Below, one piece after another: positions 52,661 through 64,000 of a stretch of DNA of 64,000 nt; position 1 is the first letter of the stretch, and each line of letters begins with the position of its first letter. The notes under the pieces are model-generated. The model made no database searches, was not told the origin of the DNA, and worked only from the letters and a program-made list of their open reading frames with translations. The position numbers and the translations under genes are program-made. The DNA is from Octopus sinensis (taxonomy: Eukaryota): the NCBI RefSeq assembly GCF_006345805.1, contig NC_042997.1:8866001-8930000 (forward strand), given 5' to 3'.

Positions 52661-53205
52661 AATGTATGTATGTATGTATGTATGTATGTATGTATGTATG
52701 TATGTATGTATGTGTATGCAAGAAGAAAATAGAGACAGAGAGAGAATGAGAGTGAGAGAGGAAGAATGAGTGTATGTATGTATATATTAATGTAAATATC
52801 AAACAGTTGTTTTGTGCATGCAATGAAGGGGGAAGTTCTTCATACAAAATCTATGTGCACATATATCTGTGTGTAGTATCAGTACTTACAAGAGTGTGTA
52901 TGTGTGCTAAGATGTACATTAACACATCTGCGAATGCATGCATGCACACAAATACACACACACGTGTGAAGCACACTCACACATACACACATGCACACAC
53001 ACACTCACATACACACACGTGCACACACACAGGCATACAATGACATAAGCAGAGAAGTATAGGAGCTAGCTACCCGCGAAAAGCTGCATTTTATCTACAA
53101 ACCTGCAATATCTATCAACAAGAAATATGAGGTACCGTATTTCAGTCACCAAAGGTACATTCTCTTCTGGTAAATTTCAAGCTGCTGGCTGCTGACAATC
53201 TGGAT

Positions 53206-53592
53206 GGGTGGAAGCACTCCGTCGGTTACGACGACGAGGGTTCCGGTTGATCCGAATCAACGGAACAGCCTGCTAGTGAAATTAACGTGTAAGTGGCTGA
53301 GCATTCCACAGACACGTGTACCCTTAACGTAGTTCTCGGGGATATTCAGCGTGACACAGAGAGTGACAAGGCCGGCCCTTTGAAATACAGGTACAATAGA
53401 AACAGGAAGTAAGAGTGAGAGAAAGTTGTGGTGAAAGAGTACAGCAGGGATCACCACCATTCCCTGCCGGAGCCTCGTGGAGCTTTAGGTGTTTTCGCTC
53501 AATAAACACTCACAACGCCCGGTCTGGGAATCAAAACCGCGATCCTATGACCGCGAGTCCGCTGCCCTAACCACTGGGCCATTGTGCCTCCA
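53206..53592 (-). mobile_element. SINE family C, full length, tail type 2, 14-bp TSD
   Basis: TSD ctgacaatctggat at 53192-53205 and 53593-53606; tRNA-like head; 3' hairpin gttccggttgat/atcaacggaac. Confidence 0.92.
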
Positions 53593-54117
53593 CTGACAAT
53601 CTGGATATACCTCCTTAGTACCTACCACCGCCTGCATCAAGGTGACCATTACAAATTAAGTGTGTGTGTATATATGTGTTCACGCATGTGCTTGTGTACC
53701 TTCATGTGTGTGCGTGTGAGTGTGTGCATGCGCACGCACAAGCACGAATGTGTGAATGTACATCTAAGCGCTCATACACACTCGTATAAGTATTGATGCA
53801 TACGCGCAGATACATGTGCATATACATGTACATATATACATATATAGCTCCACAAATACTGCCCCTTCGTACCTCCCTCTCAACCACATGACTGACGTGG
53901 TCAATTTCCTGTTCACCATGCAACATTTTCCATCTAACTGCAGTTGCTGAATTTACCGGCATCAATACCACGTGACCTTTCTGGACCAATCACAGGCTAA
54001 TGTCGAGTAATAAATATCGACTCACTTCAATCAAACTCTCATTCAGACTCCAATGGCCAAAGACTAGCCACATGCTTGAAACTCAGAGTTCCAAGGATTC
54101 TGATTCAAATTGTCTTG

Positions 54118-54169
<52 letters not shown>

Positions 54170-54180
<11 letters not shown>

Positions 54181-54715
54181 GGTGTCTGTCTGTGTGTTTG
54201 AGTTTGTTCTAACTCCTCTCATACCGTCCACTCGATATTAATGATTTTTGGCACATAGGTAAATCACATGTTCAGAAGCTCAAATAAACATGGATTTTTT
54301 AAAAATTTGATTATGTTCAGTTGGTATCGATTTTTGTGAGCTCAATCGGGCGTTTGAATGGAAACTCCCATAACGATGTTATTTTTGCTGCAGCTTTTGC
54401 ATTTTTTGTCCGATTTTGATGAAAATCAATGAATGAGTGAGGCTTATGGTAGTGAGTTGATGTCAGCATATGGCTGCACCATTGAACATGTCCACTGCAA
54501 AATCTCCACTCTGTCAACAAAACTCTGTCGCTTGCTCTGGCCATTTTCCCTCTGCCTGCCACATATCTATTCATCCTACAACAGCCTGCCGAACCAGATA
54601 TAACATCTTAATGAGTAATAGTTGGCACAGGGAATGTAGAAGATTTCAGTACAAGGTCAGATGTGGGCTTAACTTCAACACGGAAAACACGAGGAGTGCC
54701 AGGCCCAACAGCTAG
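54170..54715 (+). mobile_element. Non-autonomous Helitron-like element
   Basis: Starts out of (TA)n with tataaatggtgtctgtctg; ends cacgaggagtgccaggcccaacagCTAG|T, like 29826-30209. Confidence 0.6.
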
Positions 54716-54810
<95 letters not shown>

Positions 54811-55439
54811 CATACATATACCTCCTTTAAGTTCGTTTATGGGATACGTTTTGAATATGCATATAGAAGTTCCTTTCCAATTATGCCTAATGATCCCAAA
54901 TGGTGATACCATTTTTTGGGGGGGTTATACCGAGCTGTGCCAATATAATGTAGGATCAATATAGTAATAATATTAATAATCGTTGTGTAGAATTTATAAA
55001 ACTTTTAATGCATCGCTATGTACATTTCCACAAATTTCATAAACAACCCCCATTTAGACAGCCATTAATGCCATTTCGCCCAAAGAAATGTATGCATGAA
55101 CATGACCTACCGTTATCCATGGATACTACGTACTGTATATATGTATGTATGCTTGATAGAATGAGATAACAAAACCAAGGCTGTGTGAAGTTTCTAGGAT
55201 ATTTATAAGGTCAATCACATGCATACAAATGTGCACACATCAACTGCTGCACACAGGCATGGAAACACACACGTCCATATGCCCATACATACACACCCAC
55301 ATACATGGAACGTACATCGCTCCTCACAGTGCATGCATTAGGTTACTTCTACACATACATACATACATTCCCATACACACACAGGCCCATACGTTTGCAC
55401 ACACACACACACACACACTTGCGCACCCTGGTTCGGCTG

Positions 55440-55700
55440 GCTCACGATTATTGTCTCCCTTTCACTCAGCCATTTTCTTCCACCATGTAGAAATGTTAAT
55501 CCCTATACATTTTTTTCTCTCATCGTTTTACATTCTCTCTCTGTTTTTTCGTTCTCTTTCCATTTTTTTCCCCTCTCAATCCTTTCTGTCGAAGAGCATA
55601 GGCATGATATATCAAAAACTTTTCCATTCTTCCTGAAAGTTAAACTAATACACCTGATCGTTGTTCCTTCACCTGTCTCAATCTTTTGTTTTCTGTAAAT
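55440..55700 (+). mobile_element. Family H, copy 4 (diverged)
   Basis: cctttctgtcgaagagcataggc..ctaatacacctg..cacctgtctc..ttttgttttctgtaaa. Confidence 0.55.
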
Positions 55701-55723
55701 TTTAACTATATATATATATATAT

Positions 55724-55799
<76 letters not shown>

Positions 55800-55833
55800 A
55801 TATATATATAGATAGATGATAGATAGATAGATA

Positions 55834-55890
<57 letters not shown>

Positions 55891-55912
55891 ATACATATGC
55901 ATATATATATAT

Positions 55913-58900
55913 ATGCAAATCACAAGGACCACTCACCCATTACCAACTTCCCTTACCTCAACATTCCTGTTAAATGTACGTGGCATCAACCCATCAATTA
56001 TTGCCCAAAAATGGAAGATCCCATATATAGAGAGTTGGCTTGCCGAAATGGCACATTGCTTCCCTTTCTTTATCCTTACCGAGACTCACCTGAACAACAC
56101 CCATATGGACGCAGAGGTGAAAATAAAAAATTTCGCCATTGTTCGTGCGGATCGCACAGACCGTAATAAGGGAGAGACAGCCATCTTTATCCATGACTCC
56201 TTTTCACTTGATGCCAAGGACATATTTTCCAATGGCTACTGTGAATCGGTATCACTATACAACAAAGCCAAGGACATAACCATTGTTGGTCTTTACAGGC
56301 CTCCCCAGGCACCTCTAAAGTACTTTGAAGAGTGCCTTAGCAAAGTCAAGTCCTTCCTTCGGAAGTACCACTCCGGAAACATACTAGTGATGGGTGATTT
56401 TAACCTCCCTCATGTGAACTGGCCCACAAATACTCTGAAGTTAGGCAAGTGCTCTACATCAGATAGAGCAGCAGCAGAACTGCTCTTTAATCTGATGGAT
56501 GAGTATTTCCTGACTCAGCTAGTGCTCGAACCAACGAGACAGAATAAAATGATCTTGGATCTGGTATTGACCAATCCATGGCACCCATTTGACAACATAA
56601 ACTTCCACAAAGCGGACTGGGGAGCAATCAGAAAGGATCTCTCTTCCATCGACTGGTCTTTTACTCTCAATTCCTCTCATATTGAGACCGCATGGCAGCA
56701 CTTTGAAAACATTGTCACCTATACATGCTCTAAACACGATCCCACAAAATCTACTAACACAAACAGAAACCGGCTTCCTAAAAAGAAAAAAACACTCGTC
56801 AGGCGCATCAAAAGACTCAACAAAAAAATCAACCAATTAAAATATTCCCACACACAACATCCACATTCAACAACAATGAAAATACTAGAGCTGGAAAAAC
56901 TTCATCTACAGACCAACATGAAAACCTCCATTGAAAATCAAAGAGCTGAGGAGGAACAGTGGGTAATCAAAAACATCAAACAGAACCCGAAAGTGTTCTA
57001 TTCTTATGCAAATAAGCATAGAACCACTGTCTCACCCATTGGGCCATTGATTGATGATAATGGCATTCCCCAACACGATGCTAAAGAAATGGCAGAAATA
57101 CTGCAGAAACAATACTGCTCTGTCTTTAGTGTTCCCACTGATATTGACGTAAGAGAAGCGAACGAAGTTGACTCCCAACACAAAATCACAGACATAACCT
57201 TCACTGCCACTGACATCGTAGCAGCAATAAATGAGGTCAAATATTACTCTGCTGTAGGCCCTGATAGATTCCCCGCTAGTCTCCTGAAGGAATGTCGACA
57301 CCAACTTGCAGTCTCTCTGACCAACCTCTGGAGAAATCCGTTAGACGCAGGTTATATACCGAAACAGTTTCTATCCCAGTCGGTCATCCCGGTTCTCAAA
57401 CAGGGAAACAGATCCCTCGCAGTCAACTATCGCCCAATCTCACTCACCTCCCACATCATTAAAGTGTTTGAAAGAGTGTTAAGATCAAGGATAGATGACT
57501 TCCTAGAGACCCACAAACTCCTAAATGCAAATCAGCATGGCTTTCGCTGGTGCAGGGACTGTCTAACACAGCTCTTACACCACATTGAAGATGTACTCAA
57601 AGCCTTGGGAACAGGTTCGAACTCTGACGTCATATATCTTGACTTCAGTAAAGCGTTCGACAGGGTAGACCATAACATCCTACTCTCAAAATTGGCAAAT
57701 GTTGGAATCCGTGGGAAAGTTCTACACTGGATTAAGTATTTCCTGGCGAATAGAACACATGTTGTAGTTGATGGAGTCCACTCAAGCCCAGCAAAAGTCA
57801 CCAGCGGTGTTCCCCAGGGGACTGTTTTGGGTCCGCTACTCTTCATAATTTACATAAACGACCTTTCCAGTGTTGTACATTACTGCAAAGTGAAAATTTT
57901 TGCTGATGACACTAAGCTCCAGCAAATCGTCAATGAAGAAGCAGACCGAACTCAACTCCAGTCTGATCTATATGCTGTGAGTCAATGGGCAGACAGAAAC
58001 AAAATGCAACTGAATGAGGGAAAATTTGAGCTGATGCATTTTGGAAGAAATTCCTCACTAAAACAACCATACTCTCTTCCTTCAGGGAACCACTCACAGC
58101 CTCTAACAATATCAGAGACCTGGGTGTAATTGTTGATGACGATCTCAGTTGGAGTGCACACATCAACAAGAAGGTCGATATAGCTCATAGGATGAGTTCC
58201 TGGATCTTAAGAACTTTCTGGTCCTGAGAACAAGGTGTCATCATACCACTTTTTTCCTCCTTTGTACGGTCACACCTTCAATACTGCTGCCCACTGTGGT
58301 CTCCCCATACAGGACAAAACATCTCCAGAATTGAGTCACCCCAGAGGGCACTCACTAAACGAATTGAAGGCATGGCTGCTCTCGATTATTGGGATCGCCT
58401 TAAAGCCTTGAAACTTTACTCCCTCCAGCGTCGCCGTGAGCAGTACATCATTTGTACGATGTGGAGAATATACCACCAACTTTGCCCAAACGACCTGAAC
58501 ATTAGCTTCAAGGTTCATCCAAGACTGGGACCACGGGCCATACGTCCCCTGCCCAATTCAAGATCACAACATACATGTACACTGCAACATTATTTCCTTT
58601 TCTCAACAGGCCCTGCCCTATTTAACATTGTCCCGAGGGAGATCAAAGAGGAAAAGGATCCCATCAACTTTAAACGGAGTCTGGATAGATTCCTTCAAAG
58701 AATGTCAGATAAGCCACCCATAATTGGATACAACTCATCCAACAAGAACTCACTACTTGAACAAAACTTGATACAACTCACCCAACAAGAACTCACTACT
58801 TGAACAAAACTTGACTTAAACAGGATTCGAATAATCCTATCAGGTAGTGGTATTAAGTTAGACATGGCCAGGACCAATCTTTGGTCGAAACATATCTAAG

Positions 58901-58915
58901 TTTATCTAAGTTTAT
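55913..58915 (+). mobile_element. CR1/L2-type LINE, nearly complete ORF2 (APE endonuclease + RT), inactivated
   Basis: 738-aa ORF: LLNVRG, LTETHL, YRPP, MGDFN, NYRPISLTS, YLDFSKAFD, SGVPQGTVLGPLLF, FADD; frameshift near 58110, stop near 58225, C-terminus 58372-58803; tail (atctaagttt)2. Confidence 0.97.
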
Positions 58916-58966
58916 ACATACATATATACATACATATATATATATATATACATATCTATATAAATA

Positions 58967-59016
<50 letters not shown>

Positions 59017-59469
59017 ACCATGTCTCTTTGTATGTACTTATGTACTCAAGAATGAGAAAGTGGGAAAAAGATAATTCTAATTTTGGCTTACTGCCTAAAT
59101 AAGAAACTAATCAGTTAATGAGATATTATGGCTAAAAGGGAGGAACAAGAATTATCAAAGCTGTACTTTTCATGTTTTCCCATGGGATTATATTGATTTT
59201 TTCTTTTGGAGCAAGGGAAATGTTTGGTAAATGATGAAATATATTCTGCTGAATTGCATTAAGTACATTTCTGCCTGTTAATTCCAGTACTCAACAAATG
59301 CCCTCTTTGCAAAGGATAATTTTACTTACAATGAGTTGCTGCTGTTGTCCATGGTGGTGTTATTTAGACCTAAGTCAAACTTGCGAACAAACCTATGTTC
59401 AAAAGCATTTTCATTGATTGGACACATTATGTCTTTTTCAGGTATCATGTAACTAGGATCATATTATCT

Positions 59470-59990
59470 GGCTTGTGAAGACCTGTTGGGCAAGTGAAAT
59501 TGAAACTGAACCAAATTCAATGACTGGCAACCGTGCCAGTGGAGCACTAACAGCTCCATCCGAGTGGTATCACTGCCAGAGCAGCTGTCTGGCTTCCATG
59601 CTGGTGGAACGTAAAAAGCACCATTTGAGCATGATCATTACCAGCGTCGCCTTACTAGTTCACGTGCTGGTGGCACGTGAACAAAACATTCGAGTGAGGT
59701 CGTTGCTAGTGTCACTGGACAGACTCCTGTACAGGTGGCATGTAAAAAACAACATTTCAAGCATGGCCGTTGTCAGTACTGCCAGACTGGCCCTCGTGCT
59801 GGTGGCACGTAAAATCATCCAATACACTCTCGGAGTGGTTGGCGTTAGGAAGGGCATCCAGCTGTAGAAACTCTGCCAAATCAGATTGGAGCCTGGTGCA
59901 GCCATCTGGTTTGCAAGTCCTCCGTCAAATCGTCCAACCCATGCTAGCATGGAAAGCGGACGTTAAATGATGATGATGATGATGATGATT
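59470..59990 (+). mobile_element. RTE LINE 3' UTR with modular repeats and (GAT)n tail
   Basis: Collinear with 47040-47358; repeated ctggtggcacgtaaaa modules. Confidence 0.85.
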
Positions 59991-61789
59991 AGTGTGATTT
60001 GAGGGAGATTTTGCTGTTATTTTTAGGCAGTTGAACAACTGTGCAGTGGTTCTTTTATTCGATTGCTACGCAGTGTATATCTACTGGTGACTGATATTGC
60101 GACATTTAATAGTTGATGACGTTAGTTGAAGTATATTGTACTCTGAATCTTCAATGCAACATCATACACCATAAGTATTCTTTGTTCTTCATAAAGAAGC
60201 TCTTGTCAGTAAAAGAAATATACCTACGTATCTGAAATGTATTTGATTGAAGAGAATGTAAACTTCATTAAATTCTAGCCACTTCAGTGAAGATTATTGG
60301 AAATTTTATGTGAAAAATATGAAGACAACTTCTTGTATTTTTATACGCAGAAGTTAAATCCAGACAAGTGTAAAGTACTTATCAGAGATTTCTAAGTTTT
60401 ATATAAGAACTACTGGAATATATAAAATCCAATAATACAAAACCTAAATTAAGTAAGTACTTGATGAGATGGGAGTTTCTTTAGAGGTAGATTTCCTTAA
60501 TTAAATGAAGCAAATATAAATAATGTTGGCTTTTTTCTTTATCATTTTTGTATAACATTTCATCATTAGGAGAAAAAAAATTGAATTAGAATTCTGATTA
60601 GTTTCTATAAAAGAAAATGTCTCTGGCTGTTTACCTAGTTTCAACTAATTTTTGAATCAGATGTATAATACAGAGCAACAAGAATTTAAGAGTATAATTG
60701 AAGCTTATCAGTTTATTCACATCATCGTTTCCTTAGCATAACATTTCAATAAATTCACTTGTCAATAATTGCCAGGTGTTATATTCTTGAATTTTGTCCT
60801 TACCAGATTTTTAAAGTCAAAGCCTCTATCTCTATATAAAGACTATTCTTACCCTATTTCAATAAGCTGAAATGATGTGCTATTTTATTTATGGACACTA
60901 TTTTCATGTCATGTGGTACGTAATATATTTGTATATTTTGTTTTGTGTGGATGCTTACAATAGAGTCTTGGTAGGTTCTACTTTAATTTTTTGAATGTGT
61001 ATAATCATCTTTATGTTAGGTTCAGTATTTGTTTATCAAGAATTTATCAATTTGGTAACATATTTCTCCTTTTTATGGCAATTTAATGGTAAAGATAATT
61101 TTTTATTGGTGTTGTAGGTATCTCTCAATTATTTCCTTGACACTGAACAGGTAGTGGCTTTGTTACGTTGCAGTTGTTGTTTCACCCTGAGTCAGTCCTA
61201 ATTGAGCAGACCCATGGTTAGAGATAATTCAGCTGTAGCAGATCTATTGGTTGATCAAACTTCAGACCTGCTATTTTCTGTCAGAGATTTGTGAACAAAT
61301 CTCAGAGATTTGTGATTTCCCCAACCACATTTTTCAATGTATCCCGCCATTGAAAGGTTTCATTCTAGAAGATATAGTTGTTATTTTTAAAATAAAATAA
61401 AATGAGCATAAAGACATCCTTTACTGGCATGTTGTAGTTCGTGTAGAACTCTGAGGTGACTGATTTCCAATGCTAGACATGTATTCATTTGTTTCTGCAC
61501 TTTGTGCTGTTATTATGATAAGGAATTGGTTATTACCATTCCTTTGCCAGGCAAGTTGAATTAAAAAATGCATTCTGTTTATGAGATCTGCTAGAACTTT
61601 GACATTCTATTAGTGTTAACAGAGTATGGAGGTATCACCTGCACACCCCTACCACAAAGTTTGAGGGTAATTTTTGAAATATTGATACTGGTTATTATCA
61701 GCAAATATGTATAGTCCCCTAATTTCAAACATTTATTCAAAACATATAATATCAGTTTTTGTATTTAGTCTGCAAGATTCTTGATGTGA

Positions 61790-63180
61790 ATACCTGCATT
61801 GAAACAACCTGCACAATCAATGACCTTAGTAAGTTCTGTCCCACCAGGTCCAAATGGGGAAGACCACTCACCATCACATCAACAGCCAAGAAGAGCACCA
61901 CAGAATGCTGGAGTGGCTAGACTATATCCATCCAGGATCCAGAGAACAGCAATCAGGTGAGAAAGATCATTGCACATGCACTAAGTGTGAGTGTGGTTGG
62001 AGATATGGCCAGACTCTTCATGACCTGATGGAACATAAAACTTAGGCTATCCCTTGATGAACACTCTATTGATGTAATACTACACTGTAAGTATATAGAT
62101 GATGTCAATATTCTAACTAAGACAATCACATATAGTTGTACTGAGGAAGCCAGGTGGAGTACAAGGGAGAGCATCCAGTGCATAACTAACTGTCCATCAG
62201 AGTATCAAGGTAACAATAGACCACCCTAATATGCACCCTAACAATAGGCTCCCTGTCCTTGGTATGGAACTTTGGTAATAGACTACAAATAACAAGGTTC
62301 AACTCCTCCACTCCTATTATATGAAACCTATAACTTCCAAATATGTTATTCACAAGAACTCTGCTTTATAATACAATGTAAAGATAAACATACTAATAGC
62401 TGACTTAGTATAATGAACAATGTGTCCCCCACCCCACCCCATGCCAACCCTTTGAAATAAAGAGAAATGCACAGGACTTTATGCATTGCATGCTGTTTTC
62501 TGACAATGACCAAAGAGATATGTCAGAGTGTACGTGGGAGCTAGGAAGAAGTTAGATATCATAAGTAAGTATGACCGTAGATCCTACTGGCAACCAAGTT
62601 TTATTGTTTGGAACTATTGTTAACAGGCCATACCAAGCAAATAACAATGGACATGTATAATGCATAAACTACATCAAATATATTGTATGTTTTATACAGG
62701 GGTAAAATTTTCCAAACAAAATTTCTGCAACAGATAATTAATCCACAGGTTTCGAAAGGCTCTAGAGGATATAAAACTCAACATTAAGATCATTGAGAAA
62801 CCGGGGTGGGCATATATGTGATGGTATAAGCAGGTATATAAAGGGTAGGGTTTGAACGACAGCAAAATTATGTAAGACGAACCCCTTCGATAAGACCACA
62901 TATACTGACAGAAACTTTGTGATATGTACTTTTAACTTCAGTATCAACTGTAAGACCAGGAATATGGTCTACAGCATAAAGTGCATTGAGTGGGGGTGTA
63001 AGAACATACATTGGGGAGTTCTAGGAGTTTAGTGGAGAGATTAAATGAACACATAGGCAAGAGTATAACGACAGGAAACAGTTGTCTATAATCTATCAGC
63101 ATGCCTGATATCAACATGGTGGTATGCCAAGCCAAATTAGCATTGGTATCTTGTCTTAACACACTTCAACAAACCTCTCA
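61790..63180 (+). mobile_element. Decayed Penelope-like element (RT + GIY-YIG)
   Basis: SVVGDMARLFMT*W, CKYIDDVNI (about 62092), IKVTIDHP..NRLPVL, YYMKPITSKYVIHKNSA, IKIIEKPG, NCKTRNMVYSIKC..YIGE..RSLVERLNEH. Confidence 0.85.
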
Positions 63181-63226
63181 GGGCCTGTTCTTATAAATGA
63201 GACATTACCAATACTGGATAGAAAAT

Positions 63227-63942
63227 ATATGGGGCTATTGAAGTTTTGCACTTCTCCTTGAAAAATGCATTTTTTTGAAAATATTTTTTTGAATTCCTAC
63301 ATTTAAGATGTCGGAGATTACGAATATGAAATATTTTTTTTTTTAAATGCAAGAAACCACGTTTTCAAAATTTCAAATTTAATAAGCATATAGATATGTG
63401 TATAAAGAGATAGATATGAATGTCTTCCTGGGGCTAAAAACAACAATAACACCGTCTTCTATAGGACTGCCACATTTAGCTGACAAATCTATTTTATAAA
63501 TAAACAGACAGGGATAAATAGATAGACAGATAAATGAATAAACAGATGAAAAAGTTCAAAATTTAAAATTCGGGAGGGGGTGAAATTTGAGCCCCTTATT
63601 AAACTTTATAACATTAATTATTAAATATTAATGTTTGTTTCTCATAAAATGGTGTATAGTTAGTTTACATTAAATTCTTATTTACACAAATAAAACACAA
63701 ATTCTCTTCCCTTTAATGTTTTTGTCTGGATTTAATTTCAATTTGCATATGTTTGTCAATTCACTACAGTCTCTTTAAAGTAAACAACATCAAAAATTTA
63801 AATTGGTGGGGGGTGAAATTTAAAAAAAATTATTTTTTGTATATTCGTAATCTCCAACATCTAAAAAGTAGGAATCCGAAAAAATTTTTTTGAAAAAAAT
63901 GCATTTTTCAAGAAGTGCAAAAGTGCATTAGCCCCAAATATA
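63227..63942. mobile_element. MITE with about 105-bp diverged TIRs
   Basis: Left ggggcta..ttttgcacttct..tgaaaaatgcatttt..attcctac..agatgtcggagattacgaatat; right end is its reverse complement. Confidence 0.8.
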
Positions 63943-64000
63943 CATAATAGGTAGTAGTTCTAGAACGCCACTGTTACCATCCATGCAATATGCATAAATG

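Noticed and set aside
59328-59360. Minus-strand Kozak ATG (caccaccATGG) with a gtaagt donor
   Set aside because: It lies in the (CAA/CAG)n-like tail of a repeat also seen near 61165; likely coincidental.
60345-60750. Short open frames KLNPDKCKVLIRDF and MYNTEQQEFKSIIEAYQ after acceptor-like sites
   Set aside because: Too short, no convincing donors, no homology recognised.

Overview
Very AT-rich, CpG-poor eukaryotic genomic DNA. It is saturated with (TA)n, (CA)n, (GATA)n and (GAT)n microsatellites and with tRNA-derived SINEs, a repeat landscape typical of octopus/coleoid genomes (species is inference). No intact host gene or prokaryotic feature is supportable, and most ORF-track entries are translations of microsatellites. 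Recognisable coding relics are all transposon-derived: two CR1/L2-type LINEs (1.3-2.7 kb minus; 55.9-58.9 kb plus, nearly complete ORF2), several RTE LINE pieces (largest 45.2-47.4 kb), two Penelope-like elements (37.6-39.2 kb minus; 61.8-63.2 kb plus), two mariner copies, one DD37D/maT-like Tc1/mariner copy, and two Helitron Rep fragments. Non-autonomous Helitrons and MITEs are also present. The most striking non-coding signal is a set of hammerhead ribozymes (HHRs) and hammerhead-like folds. Two canonical minimal type I HHRs lie at 37824-37904 and 49502-49544 and a partly decayed one at 1056-1127. A 4-copy family has a variant core, and two long head-to-head palindromes (13564-13691, 29412-29669) are built from HHR-like modules. 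Most of these sit in short, microsatellite-flanked Penelope-LTR-like elements. A few candidate host exons with good splice sites are listed at low confidence.
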